Shown piece by piece: positions 45,659 through 55,082 of a stretch of 64,000 bases of DNA (positions are counted from its first letter, which is position 1; every line of letters begins with the position of its first letter). Below the pieces are notes generated by a model. The model had not been told where the DNA came from. It saw only the letters and a program-made list of their open reading frames with translations, and did not search any database. Position numbers and translations under genes: made by a program. Origin of the DNA: Thermoanaerobaculia bacterium (GTDB lineage: Bacteria > Acidobacteriota > Thermoanaerobaculia > UBA5066 > Gp7-AA6); contig JBBROA010000004.1 of NCBI GenBank assembly GCA_038229875.1, positions 161 through 64,160 of the forward strand. Direction: 5' to 3'.

Positions 45659-48031
45659 GTGACCCTGGACGAGCAGCCGCCGATCTCCGGACGCGGACGC
45701 CTCCGCCGCGCCGCACCCGGAATTCTGTTCGCGGCCCTGGTGATCGCGGTCTGGTCGAACCCGCTCTTCACCGGGCGGAACTTCACCGGCCGCGATCTTC
45801 TCGCCTACAACCTGCCGATGGAAAAGGTGATCCACGACGCGTGGGCGTCGGGCCACCTTCCGCTCTGGAACCCCTGGATCTCGGGAGGCCGGCCGCTGCT
45901 GCCGAACCCGAATTCGGGCGCCGCGTATCCCGTGCGGATCATCCTGTCGGTCCTCTCGTTTCCGCTCGCGATGCGGCTCTACCCGCTGGTGCACTGGACG
46001 GCGGCGGGTCTCGGCGTGCTGGCGCTTTTGCGCGCGCTCGCGATCGGACGAAGAGCCGCGTGGCTCGGCGCTGTCACGTACGCGTTCTCCGGCGTCTCGA
46101 TCTCCCAGGCGTTCTATCCGCACATCCAGCCCGGGTTCGCGCTGCTTCCGTGGATCGTGTGGGCCGTCCTGCGGCGCCGCAGCCTGGGGGCATGGGGCAC
46201 GCTGCTGCTGGCGTTTTTTTTCGGCGTCGACATCCTCGCCGGCGACGTCTTCACATGTGGGATGGCCTTCGCGGCGGGCCTTCTGTGGATCTTCACGGAG
46301 ACGCCTCGCGCCGAACGCGCGAAGGAGGCACTGGCGCTGACGGGATCCGCGGCGCTCGGCGCGATGCTCGCCCTACCTCAGATCGTCGCGACCGCCCTCT
46401 GGATTCCGCTCACCAATCGCGCGGTCGTCGGGATGACTCTGTCGGAGGCGACTCGCTTCTCGATCTCGCCCTGGCGGCTCCTCGAGTTTCTCGTGCCCTA
46501 TCCCTTCGGCCCGACGTGGCAGCTCGACCCGGATACGACGTGGGCGACGCGGGTCTTTCACGGAAAGTCGATCGGACTCTTCTCGACGCTGTTTGTCGGA
46601 GGACTCGCGCCTCTCGCCGTCTTCCGTCTGCGCGCCGCGAAGAGTCCCGGTCTGCGCTTTGCGCGCTGGATGCTCGCCGGCGGGATCGCGCTCGCGGTGC
46701 TCCCGAGTCTCCTCCCGGACAGCTGGCTCGCGAGCCAGTCGCCTCTCGCGCTGCGCAACCCCGAAAAGCTCGCGGTGGCGGCCGTGCTCGCGCTGGCGAT
46801 CTTCGCGGCGCGCGGATTCGAGTCCTTCGCCGAGTCTCCGCCCTCCCGGCGCCTGAGCCTCGGCCTCGGCGGCCTCTTCGCCGGCGCGGCGCTCGCGTGC
46901 GTCCTATTTCCGGGGCCGGCCGGCCGATGGGCGGGCGGGGAAGTCCCCGCGTTGTCTCGGCTCGCCGCGCGGTCGCTGCCCGGCGCGATCGCCGAAGCCG
47001 GAGTGCTCTGGATGGCGACCGTCATCGCGCTCGACGGCGCCCGGTCCCGATCGCGTGTCATCGGGTTGCTGTGCGTCCTGCTGCTCGCGCTCGTTCCGAT
47101 CGTCCCCAACGCGAGGATCCCGGAGCTCTCCAAGCCCGAGGAGGCGCTGGCGCCGACACCGTTTGCGATGCGGCTGGCACAGTGGGATCGGCACGGTGCG
47201 TTCCGGGTGCTCGGCGAGGCGATGTTCCGGCGCCGGACGCCCCGATCGGCGGGGAAAGTCATGTCCACTCTCGAAGTCCTCGAGTTTCCCAGGCGGGAAT
47301 GGATCCAGCACACCGGAGCGCTGTGGAGCCGCGGAACGGTCTTAAACGGCGACTTCGACGCGGGCGACCTCTCGCGCGTCGAGAGCCTGCGCCGGCTGAC
47401 GACCTCCTCGGCCGGCATTGCGAGCTCCGCCGCGTTTTTCGGAAACGTGTCCCTGCGGTGGGGAGTCCGGGCTCGTGCGCAGGAGCCCGTCGCCGGGTAT
47501 CGCCGGATCGGCGGAGATCCGGTGCAGGACTGGGACGAGCATCAGAGGTCCTACCCGGACGTCCGTCTTGCGATGCGCTGGAGGGAGGAGCCGGGGTCCG
47601 TCCAGGCGCTCGGAAGGCTGGCGGCGCTCGAACCCGGAGAGCTTCTGCTCGAGACGGGGCGCTCGACCGCGGGGACGGCGAGGCCGGGAACACTTCGCCT
47701 CATCGAGAAGCGTCCCGGGCGGATGCGGCTCGAGAGCATTGCTCCCGAGCCCACATGGCTCTTCGTCCTGCGCGACTACTGGCCGTATCGGACCGTCGAG
47801 GTCGACGGACAGCCGGTGGAGGTTGCCCCCGCTTACCTCGCGTTCTCCGCGGTCCCGGTGCCCGCGGGCAGGCATACTCTCGACTGGCGGGAAGAACTGC
47901 CGGGCCTCGCGGTCTCGGCGTGGGGACCGGTCGTGTTCCTGGGAGTGTCGGCCGCTCTCGTGCGGCGGCGGCGGCTCCTACCGCGCGAGCCAGGTGATCA
48001 CGAAGAGCACCGTCGCGCCGGCGCCGAGTAG
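45659..48031 (+). CDS. YfhO-like polytopic membrane protein (putative glycosyl-transfer related)
   Basis: GTG start. DLLAYNLPMEKVIHDAWASGHLPLWNPWISGGRPLLPNPNSGAAYP, more than 10 TM helices, large C-terminal extracytoplasmic domain. Confidence 0.65.
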   Translation: MTLDEQPPISGRGRLRRAAPGILFAALVIAVWSNPLFTGRNFTGRDLLAYNLPMEKVIHDAWASGHLPLWNPWISGGRPLLPNPNSGAAYPVRIILSVLSFPLAMRLYPLVHWTAAGLGVLALLRALAIGRRAAWLGAVTYAFSGVSISQAFYPHIQPGFALLPWIVWAVLRRRSLGAWGTLLLAFFFGVDILAGDVFTCGMAFAAGLLWIFTETPRAERAKEALALTGSAALGAMLALPQIVATALWIPLTNRAVVGMTLSEATRFSISPWRLLEFLVPYPFGPTWQLDPDTTWATRVFHGKSIGLFSTLFVGGLAPLAVFRLRAAKSPGLRFARWMLAGGIALAVLPSLLPDSWLASQSPLALRNPEKLAVAAVLALAIFAARGFESFAESPPSRRLSLGLGGLFAGAALACVLFPGPAGRWAGGEVPALSRLAARSLPGAIAEAGVLWMATVIALDGARSRSRVIGLLCVLLLALVPIVPNARIPELSKPEEALAPTPFAMRLAQWDRHGAFRVLGEAMFRRRTPRSAGKVMSTLEVLEFPRREWIQHTGALWSRGTVLNGDFDAGDLSRVESLRRLTTSSAGIASSAAFFGNVSLRWGVRARAQEPVAGYRRIGGDPVQDWDEHQRSYPDVRLAMRWREEPGSVQALGRLAALEPGELLLETGRSTAGTARPGTLRLIEKRPGRMRLESIAPEPTWLFVLRDYWPYRTVEVDGQPVEVAPAYLAFSAVPVPAGRHTLDWREELPGLAVSAWGPVVFLGVSAALVRRRRLLPREPGDHEEHRRAGAE

Positions 48032-48565
48032 GAGAGACGCGAACCACACCGGGCGGTTGCGCGTCAGCGCGGCGACAGCGCCGAGAGCGATCGAGACCTG
48101 GAAGAGCGCGACGGCGTTCGCGAACCCGTGGTGCCGGTGGAGCAGGTGGTCGGCCTCCGCGGACTTCTGGTCGCGCTCCTTCTCCTTCTCCTTCGCCTTC
48201 TGCTGGATTTCCGCCTGCTCGCCCTTGTACCGCTTCTCGTTTGCGCCGTACTCGGCGGGAGCCTCTTTTCCGATTGCCAGCCACGCGGTTCGCGAGGCCT
48301 CCGCGACCGCGGCCTTGATCCCTTTCGCCTGGTAGTACGCCCACTGGTCCGACGCCTCCGCCTGCAGCCGCGTGGCCTCCGTCTTTAAGACCAGCGCCAC
48401 GTTGACCGTGGCGCCCGCGCGCAGCGCCGCGATCGCGGCAATCGCCGCAAACAGCGCGGTCGAGAGGGCGATCGTCCTCAAAAACCCGCCACCTTCCCGC
48501 TCGACCTCCTCGTGGATCGCCTCCGTGAGCCTCTCCGTCTCGATCTCCGGTCCTTCAGGCATCAC
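47978..48565 (-). CDS. DUF4337-like membrane protein
   Basis: 195 aa. Central helical region (QWAYYQAKGIKAA) flanked by two TM helices. Convergent 54-nt overlap with the YfhO-like gene. TATAAT (48602-48597) and GGGAGG lie upstream. Confidence 0.7.
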   Translation of the reverse strand: MMPEGPEIETERLTEAIHEEVEREGGGFLRTIALSTALFAAIAAIAALRAGATVNVALVLKTEATRLQAEASDQWAYYQAKGIKAAVAEASRTAWLAIGKEAPAEYGANEKRYKGEQAEIQQKAKEKEKERDQKSAEADHLLHRHHGFANAVALFQVSIALGAVAALTRNRPVWFASLLLGAGATVLFVITWLAR

Positions 48566-48657
48566 GCCTCCCTCGATCTATTGGGGTCAGGTCTTTATTA
48601 TACACTATGACGCCGCCGGATCGCTTTCCGCCGCCGGCATAATGACCGGAGGCTACG

Positions 48658-49647
48658 TTACCTGACACGCGCGGCAATCTCGCGGGCCTCGAGGATTCCA
48701 GGATCAATGCGCAGCGCCTGGCCGGCCTCGCGCCGAGCGGCCTCGCGGTCGCCGCGCCGTTCCGCGATCTGTGCCAGCCTTGCGTGCGCTAGCGCGACGG
48801 AGGGCTCCGGATCTTTCGGGGGCGGCCCCGCGAGATACCGCTGCAGGCACGCTTCTCCGCGGTCGAGCTGCCGGCCGGAGAGGGCGGCGATGCGTCCGAT
48901 TTCATAGAGCGGCACGGCGTCCCGCGGAAAGGCGTCGAGGAGCCGGTCCATGCTGCGAGACGCGCCGTCCCAGTCCCGGCGATCGATCGCGCTGCGCTCC
49001 ATCCAGATGTAGGGCTCACGGCTCGACGGCGACTCCGCGATCGCCTTCCGGTATTCCGCCGCCGCGGAGTCCCAGAGCCTCTGCTGCTCGTAGACCCGCG
49101 CCATCGCGCGATGCCCGCGGAGCGGGTCGCGCCGGCGCACCTCTTCGGCTTCACTCTTTGCCCGCGCGACGCTCCCGCCCATGAAACCCGGGGCGCGCAG
49201 ATAGAACTCGATCAGACCGGTCCGCGCCTCCATATTCTCGGGATCGAGGTCGACGGCCCGCTGGAACGCCCGCCGGATCCGCGCCGCAAGCGAAGCACGC
49301 GTCAACATGCTCCCGCGGATCGCCTGCTGCGCCAGAGCCCGGCCGAGCCAGTACGAGTGCGCGGTGCTCTTCGGATCGAGGGCGCACGCCTTCTCGAGCC
49401 ACTGGACGGCGCGCTCGGATTCGTTTTCCTCGAAGAAGACGCGGCCGAGAAAGTCCGCCGCGCGCGCGTCCGAGGGGTCCTCGCGGAGTGCCGCTTCGAG
49501 CGAGGCGCGAGCGGCGGGATAGTGCTGAGCGAGGAAGTGGCGGACGCCGGCTTCGGTCGAGGGAACTTCGGCCCGCGAGTCGGAGGCGCAAAACGAGAGA
49601 GTGAGGAGAAGCGCTGCTCTGCGCGAGGCAGGGGCGAAGGAAGGCAT
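48658..49647 (-). CDS. exported TPR-repeat protein
   Basis: Internal ATG at 49647 (MPSFAPASRRAALLLTLSF signal), then multiple TPR-like A..Y/W..G.A repeats. The upstream part of the 515-aa ORF is rejected. Confidence 0.75.
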   Translation of the reverse strand: MPSFAPASRRAALLLTLSFCASDSRAEVPSTEAGVRHFLAQHYPAARASLEAALREDPSDARAADFLGRVFFEENESERAVQWLEKACALDPKSTAHSYWLGRALAQQAIRGSMLTRASLAARIRRAFQRAVDLDPENMEARTGLIEFYLRAPGFMGGSVARAKSEAEEVRRRDPLRGHRAMARVYEQQRLWDSAAAEYRKAIAESPSSREPYIWMERSAIDRRDWDGASRSMDRLLDAFPRDAVPLYEIGRIAALSGRQLDRGEACLQRYLAGPPPKDPEPSVALAHARLAQIAERRGDREAARREAGQALRIDPGILEAREIAARVR

Positions 49648-49764
49648 CGTTTCGAGGCAACACCGCTGGCTGACGGGAATTCCATCCAGACGTCCGGGCT
49701 CAGGGTTGTTCAAGCTGGATATCGAAAGCTTCCCGGTTGCAGCAGGGCGACTTCCCGTTACCCT

Positions 49765-49790
49765 ACCCCTCTCCCCGGGGCGCGGAGAGG
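49765..49790. repeat. REP-like palindrome CCCCTCTCCCC-N-GGAGAGGG preceded by TTACCCTA
   Basis: Intergenic, between the TPR gene and the efflux operon. Same family as 38602-38626. Confidence 0.65.
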
Positions 49791-49864
49791 GAAAAGAGAA
49801 ATTTGCGGGTCGCGGGTTGGACGGGATCGGACAGCGGACGGGGCGTGCGGGGCGGCGGCCGTCC

Positions 49865-50575
49865 TCAGGCCACCTCGGCGGACGGGACGTCGCGCAAGAT
49901 GCGGCCGTCCCGCACTTCGACGACGCGGCTCGCCCGGCGCGCGAGCGACATGTCGTGCGTGATGACGACGAGAGTTTTCCCCTGCGACCAGAGCTCGGCG
50001 AAGAGCTGCATGATGTCGCCGCCCGCGGTCGTATCGAGGTTCCCGGTGGGCTCGTCGGCGAGGATGACGTCGGGCTGCATCGCGAGGGCGCGGGCGATCG
50101 CGACCCGCTGCATCTGGCCTCCCGAAAGCTCCGTCGGCTTGTGCTCCATGCGGTCGCCGAGCCCGACGCGGCCCAGAAGGTCCGTGACCCTCTGTTTTCT
50201 TTCACGAACGCCGACCCCTCCGAAGACGAGCGGCATCTCGACGTTTTCGAACGCGGAGATCTGCGGCAGGAGATTGAATCCCTGGAACACGAATCCGACG
50301 CGGCGGTTGCGCACGTCCGCGAGCGCGTCGCGATCGAGCTTCGAAACGTCCTCGCCGCCGAGCCGGTACTGGCCGTCCGTCGGAGTGTCGAGGCAGCCGA
50401 TCAGGTTCATCAGCGTCGATTTGCCCGACCCGGACGGCCCGACAATCGCCACGAACTCTCCGGGGCTGACGGAAAGATCGATGCCCTTCAAGGCCTCGAC
50501 CTTGATCTTCCCGGTGACGTAGACCTTCCGGATGCCCTGCATGTGGATGAATTGTCCGGAGCACTGATCGCTCAC
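49865..50575 (-). CDS. ABC transporter ATP-binding protein (MacB/LolD/DevA type)
   Basis: GPSGSGKST Walker A, LSGGQMQRVAIARAL signature, ILADEPTGNLD Walker B. Confidence 0.9.
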   Translation of the reverse strand: MSDQCSGQFIHMQGIRKVYVTGKIKVEALKGIDLSVSPGEFVAIVGPSGSGKSTLMNLIGCLDTPTDGQYRLGGEDVSKLDRDALADVRNRRVGFVFQGFNLLPQISAFENVEMPLVFGGVGVRERKQRVTDLLGRVGLGDRMEHKPTELSGGQMQRVAIARALAMQPDVILADEPTGNLDTTAGGDIMQLFAELWSQGKTLVVITHDMSLARRASRVVEVRDGRILRDVPSAEVA

Positions 50576-50594
50576 GTCTATTCCGATTTCCTGC

Positions 50595-51851
50595 TCATTC
50601 GTACCTCAGCGTCGCCGCGGGGTCGATCGCCGCGGCGCGGCGCGCGGGGAAGAAGCCGGCGAGCAGCCCCGCGGTCCCGAGAATCGCCACGGTCGCCGCG
50701 CCGATCGGCCACGACAGCGTCGGCTTCCCGAGAAACTCCATCACCTTCATGTCTTCCAGGGGAAGCAGTGCGAGCACGGTGACGATCAGGATCGCGATGA
50801 CCCCTCCCGCGAGCCCGCCGAGAAGCGTGTAGATCAGGCCCTCGAGCACGAACGGGCCGGTGATCCAGCCCCGCCGCGCGCCGAGCGCCATCTTCACGCC
50901 GATCTCCCGGGTGCGCTCCTTCACGACCGCATACATGATGTTCGCCACCCCGACGCACCCGATGATCAGCGTGAGCGCGCCGATGATCCCGAAGAACATT
51001 TCCATCCCCAGAAAAATCTTCGCGGAGATGCGCTGGCCCTTTACGGTGTTCCAGGTGCCGAAGACGCGCTCGTCTTTCGGATCGTACGAGTAGCGCGCGG
51101 CAAAAAACTGATTCATGCGCTGAAGCGCCGACTCCATGTCGTCCTCGTTCTCCACGTGGAGGACGACCACGTTCAGCTTGTCCCGGCCGAAGAGCGCACG
51201 AAACGTCGTGATCGGAATCACCGCATGGTCTTTGTCCTGGCCGCCGTACGCGCTCGTCTGCGTCTTGCGCTGCATGACCCCGATCACGGTGAACGGAGAG
51301 CTGTTGACGAGGACGGTCTTGCCGACGGGATTCTCTTTGCCGACGAGGTCTTCGGCGAGCTCGTAGCCGAGGAACACCACGCGCCGCTTCTGCTCTTCGT
51401 CCTGCGGTCCGAGGAACCTTCCACCAGGGATTGGATAGTGCTTGCGGGGATCGCCGTAGACCCAGTTCGGTCCGATCACGCGGGCGTTGACCGTCTTGCG
51501 CGCGTATTGCATGAGGGTCCGGCTGCTGCTCATCTCGCCCCAGACCTGGACGTCCGGCATGCGCTGCTGCAGGAGCGGGATGTCGTCGATGCGCGGCTTG
51601 ACTCCCCGCCCTTCCGGAAGACCCTTCCAGACTTTCGATGTCTCTCCCGGCCAGTTGATTGCCAGATTTGTCCCCATCGCCTGCTCGTTCCGTGCGAACT
51701 GCCGCTTCAGACCCTCGCCGAAAGCGAGCAGCAGCAGGATCGTCACAGTGCCCCAGGCGATCGAGGCGATCGTCAGGAACGCGCGCTTCTTCTGGAGTCG
51801 CGCCGACCCCAGGAAGAGGTGGAGGATGATCGACAGGTCGTTGCGGCTCAT
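50595..51851 (-). CDS. ABC transporter permease (MacB_PCD + FtsX)
   Basis: N-terminal TM, periplasmic core domain, C-terminal FtsX 3-TM block (RTREIGVKMALGARR). Confidence 0.85.
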   Translation of the reverse strand: MSRNDLSIILHLFLGSARLQKKRAFLTIASIAWGTVTILLLLAFGEGLKRQFARNEQAMGTNLAINWPGETSKVWKGLPEGRGVKPRIDDIPLLQQRMPDVQVWGEMSSSRTLMQYARKTVNARVIGPNWVYGDPRKHYPIPGGRFLGPQDEEQKRRVVFLGYELAEDLVGKENPVGKTVLVNSSPFTVIGVMQRKTQTSAYGGQDKDHAVIPITTFRALFGRDKLNVVVLHVENEDDMESALQRMNQFFAARYSYDPKDERVFGTWNTVKGQRISAKIFLGMEMFFGIIGALTLIIGCVGVANIMYAVVKERTREIGVKMALGARRGWITGPFVLEGLIYTLLGGLAGGVIAILIVTVLALLPLEDMKVMEFLGKPTLSWPIGAATVAILGTAGLLAGFFPARRAAAIDPAATLRYE

Positions 51852-51861
51852 CGGCGGCGCA

Positions 51862-53085
51862 TCACAGCTTCATCGCCACGACAGGGTCCAGTCGCGAGGC
51901 TTCCCTGGCAGGGAAATATCCCGCGAGGAGCCCCGTCGCTCCGAGGACGACCGCCGTCAGGGCGGCGACCGACAATGAGATCTCCGGGTCTCCGACGAAC
52001 TCCGTGGCGCCGAGCTTCGGGACGGCAAAGCAGATCGCGAAAGAGATCGCGAACCCGATCGCGCCGCCGAGCGCCGTAATGAGGATGGTCTCGAGGAGAA
52101 ACTGCCGCAGGATCCACCTCTGCCGCGCGCCGAGGGCCATCTTGATCCCGATCTCCTTCGTTCTCTCTTCGACGACGACGTTCATGATGTTGGACACGCC
52201 GATTCCGCCGACCACCAGCGTGAAGCACCCGACGATTCCGAGAAAGAGCCGGAAGGACAGGAAAAACACGTCGAGAAACTTGAACTGCTCCGCGGTGTCC
52301 CAGACGGACAGCGCTTCTTTGTCTTTGGGGTCGAACCGCAGAGCACGTGCGAGACTGGCGCGCACCGCGGCCGTCACCGCTTCCGATTGCGCGGGCGATA
52401 CGGGCTGGTAGATGAAGTTGTTGACGTACCTGGTCCCGGTCAGTGCCCGGAACGTCGACCCGGGCATGTACGCGCGGCCCTCGTCGCGGCTGTTGTAGCT
52501 CGAGTTCTGGACCTTCTCCTGAAGGACGCCGACGATCAGGAAGGGCGAGCCGGCGAAGATCACGGTCTTTCCCACCGCCGGAGCCTTCCCGAAGACGTCT
52601 TTGGCGATCTTGTCGCCGAGGAAGAGCACGCGGCGGTTCTCGCGCACATCAATCGGGTTGATGAACCGGCCGCCGGCATGCGGGATCAGATTGCGCATCG
52701 GCCCGAAGGACGAGTCGACGCCGGAGACGTCCACCGCGACTGTCTTCATCCCGTAGTGCAGCTTGAGCGTCTCGTTGTACTCGCTGGAGATCGCGACGAT
52801 CCCGGGCGTCTGGCGCCGCACCGCCTCGATGTGCTCCTCGCGCACACGGATCCGGCGTCCGCGGCCGAGCCCCTCGAAGGGGATCGAAGTCAGGGCGGGC
52901 CACGCGATCGCGATGCGATCTCCGAGCCCTGCCGAGTTCTTGATGATCTGCTTGTGCAGGCCCTGCCCGAAAGCGAGGAGCAGCGTCACCGCGACCGTCC
53001 CCCAGACAATCCCGAACACGGTCAGAAACGTGCGCAGCTTCTGGCTGCGCACGTCCCGGATCAGCTGGCGGAGGGTGTCGGTCAT
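51862..53085 (-). CDS. ABC transporter permease (MacB_PCD + FtsX), paralog of the downstream permease
   Basis: Same architecture (RTKEIGIKMALGARQ). Confidence 0.85.
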   Translation of the reverse strand: MTDTLRQLIRDVRSQKLRTFLTVFGIVWGTVAVTLLLAFGQGLHKQIIKNSAGLGDRIAIAWPALTSIPFEGLGRGRRIRVREEHIEAVRRQTPGIVAISSEYNETLKLHYGMKTVAVDVSGVDSSFGPMRNLIPHAGGRFINPIDVRENRRVLFLGDKIAKDVFGKAPAVGKTVIFAGSPFLIVGVLQEKVQNSSYNSRDEGRAYMPGSTFRALTGTRYVNNFIYQPVSPAQSEAVTAAVRASLARALRFDPKDKEALSVWDTAEQFKFLDVFFLSFRLFLGIVGCFTLVVGGIGVSNIMNVVVEERTKEIGIKMALGARQRWILRQFLLETILITALGGAIGFAISFAICFAVPKLGATEFVGDPEISLSVAALTAVVLGATGLLAGYFPAREASRLDPVVAMKL

Positions 53086-53109
53086 CTGGCTGCCCGCTGA
53101 TAGCTTTTC

Positions 53110-54219
53110 TCAGCTGATCTTCTTGGGCGGCCGCTCGACCACCTTAGAGCCCTTCTGGAGCCCGGAGGCGACCTCGACGTTCATGCCGTCGGAGATCCCG
53201 AGCTTGATCTCGGTTTTCTTCGGATCCGCCTTCGGGTCTCCGCCGGGAAGCTCGACGAACGCTTTTTTCCCGCCATCCTCGAAGATGACGACGCGCTCCG
53301 GCAGCACCAGGACGTCCTTCTTCTCGCGAACGATCAGATCCGCATTGGCGGAGTAGCCGGCCCGGAGAACGATCTTCGTCGAGGGGTCGAGCTCGATCTC
53401 GACGTCGAAAAGCGTCGCACCTTCCTTCTGCTGCGCCTGCGGCGCGATTCGGGCGACCCGCCCGGTGACGACGTCGGTGGGGAGCGCGCCGACCTTGATG
53501 CGCGCGGGAAGTCCCACGCGGAGCTTGCCGACGTCGATCTCGTCGACGGTTCCCTTGAAAATGAGGTCGCGCATGTCCGCGATCGTCGCGAGCTCCGTCC
53601 CGGGCTGGTACGAGGTGAGCGGGGTGATCGGATCGCCGGGATTCACGACGCGGGTCAGGATCGTGCCCGCGGCGGGAGCGCGAATGACCGACTCGATCGT
53701 GACTTTCTCGGTGGAGACGCGGCCCTTCCGCGTGAGGTCCCGGCCCTGTTCGGCGCGCGCGACTGCGATCTTCGCCAGCTCGAACGCCTCTCTCTTCGAG
53801 TCCATGTCGGATTTCGGCAGCACGCCGGACTTCGAGAGCTCGATCGCGCGCTCGTAGTCCGCCTTCGCGCGAACATAGGACACGGCGGCCGAGTCGACGC
53901 TGCGGTCGACGTCGGTGAGCTCCTGGGGTGTCGGGTCCGGCCCGATCTCGAAGAGGGCGTCACCCGCTTTGACCGAGTCGCCGACGTTGACCATGCACTT
54001 CTTGACGATGCCCGAGATCTTCGATTTGACCTGGAACTTCTGGCGGGGCTGGATCTGGCCGACCGCAATGGCCTTTTCCGTGATGGATCCCTTTTCGACC
54101 GTGACCAGTTTGTTTCCCTGCTGGTCCCCCTTGCTCGACCGGGCCCAGGCGTAGACCCCGCCGGCGAGGGTGACCAAGACCACCAGCCAGAACAGGGTTT
54201 TGAAGAGTTTTCGCATCAC
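53110..54219 (-). CDS. efflux periplasmic adaptor (HlyD/MacA/DevB family)
   Basis: N-terminal TM, lipoyl-like GIVKKCMVNVGDSVKAGDALFEI, coiled-coil hairpin, beta-barrel. Confidence 0.85.
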   Translation of the reverse strand: MMRKLFKTLFWLVVLVTLAGGVYAWARSSKGDQQGNKLVTVEKGSITEKAIAVGQIQPRQKFQVKSKISGIVKKCMVNVGDSVKAGDALFEIGPDPTPQELTDVDRSVDSAAVSYVRAKADYERAIELSKSGVLPKSDMDSKREAFELAKIAVARAEQGRDLTRKGRVSTEKVTIESVIRAPAAGTILTRVVNPGDPITPLTSYQPGTELATIADMRDLIFKGTVDEIDVGKLRVGLPARIKVGALPTDVVTGRVARIAPQAQQKEGATLFDVEIELDPSTKIVLRAGYSANADLIVREKKDVLVLPERVVIFEDGGKKAFVELPGGDPKADPKKTEIKLGISDGMNVEVASGLQKGSKVVERPPKKIS

Positions 54220-54370
54220 GGACCCCCGAAAGGTAAAGCGAAGCCGACGGCTCTCAACCCTCTTTTACGCGCCGTCCCGGCGGAAGTTCCCCTGTTCTCT
54301 TGGACGTTGGCCGGGCCTTTTCGTTAGGCTCCCTTCGAGGCGGGGTAAGCTTTTCCAAAGGGGTCCTCCC

Positions 54371-54979
54371 ATGTCCAGCCGCGACTATCGCCTCGTGACG
54401 AACTGGCGGGTGTACGGAACCGCCGAGGAGATCTTTCGGGTCCTGGAGTCCCCCTCGGAGCTCCCGCGCTGGTGGCCGAGCGTGTATCTCGCCGTGCAGG
54501 ACCTCGAGCCGGGGAGCGCGGATGGCGTCGGACGGGAGGTCGCGCTCGTCACCCGCGGATGGCTGCCGTACACCCTGGCTTGGGTCCTGCGGGTCACCCG
54601 AGTGCGTCGGCCTCTCGAGCTCGCGATCGAGGCCGAAGGAGACTTAGACGGCGCCGGCGTCTGGACCCTGGAGCCCGCCGGGGCGTGGACCTGGGTCACG
54701 TTCGAATGGACCGTCACCGCGCGCAATCCGCTGCTGCACGCCCTCTCGCCCGTCCTTTCCCCGGCGCTCGCAGCGAACCACCGCTGGGCGATGGCGCGCG
54801 GAGAGGAGAGCCTCGCGCTCGAGCTCGCGCGGCGGCGGGCGGCGGACTCCTCCGCGCGTGAGCGCGTTCCCGCTCCGCCCGCCCGGGCGCGCGCGTCCGG
54901 AATCATCCTCGCGGGCGTGGCCGCCGGAGTGTTCGCCCTCGCCGCCGGCCTCGTTCGCGGACGCCGGCGCCGCGCGTAG
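54371..54979 (+). CDS. SRPBCC (polyketide-cyclase/START-like) protein with C-terminal TM anchor
   Basis: Internal ATG at 54371. SELPRWWPSVYL...W.W.F.W pattern. Hydrophobic tail ILAGVAAGVFALAAGLV. Confidence 0.7.
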   Translation: MSSRDYRLVTNWRVYGTAEEIFRVLESPSELPRWWPSVYLAVQDLEPGSADGVGREVALVTRGWLPYTLAWVLRVTRVRRPLELAIEAEGDLDGAGVWTLEPAGAWTWVTFEWTVTARNPLLHALSPVLSPALAANHRWAMARGEESLALELARRRAADSSARERVPAPPARARASGIILAGVAAGVFALAAGLVRGRRRRA

Positions 54980-55082
54980 GTGAGCCACCCCCGCCAGGGT
55001 GACCCCGGAGAGACGTCCTGAACGAAGCGGCGCGCACGAGACGTTCCGGTGAGTCGCGCCCGCTCTTCGACGCGGCGCCTGC

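Noticed and set aside
45841-47997. 718-aa plus-strand ORF overlapping the YfhO-like gene in another frame
   Set aside because: Arg-rich shadow frame. The 45659 frame gives a coherent polytopic membrane protein.
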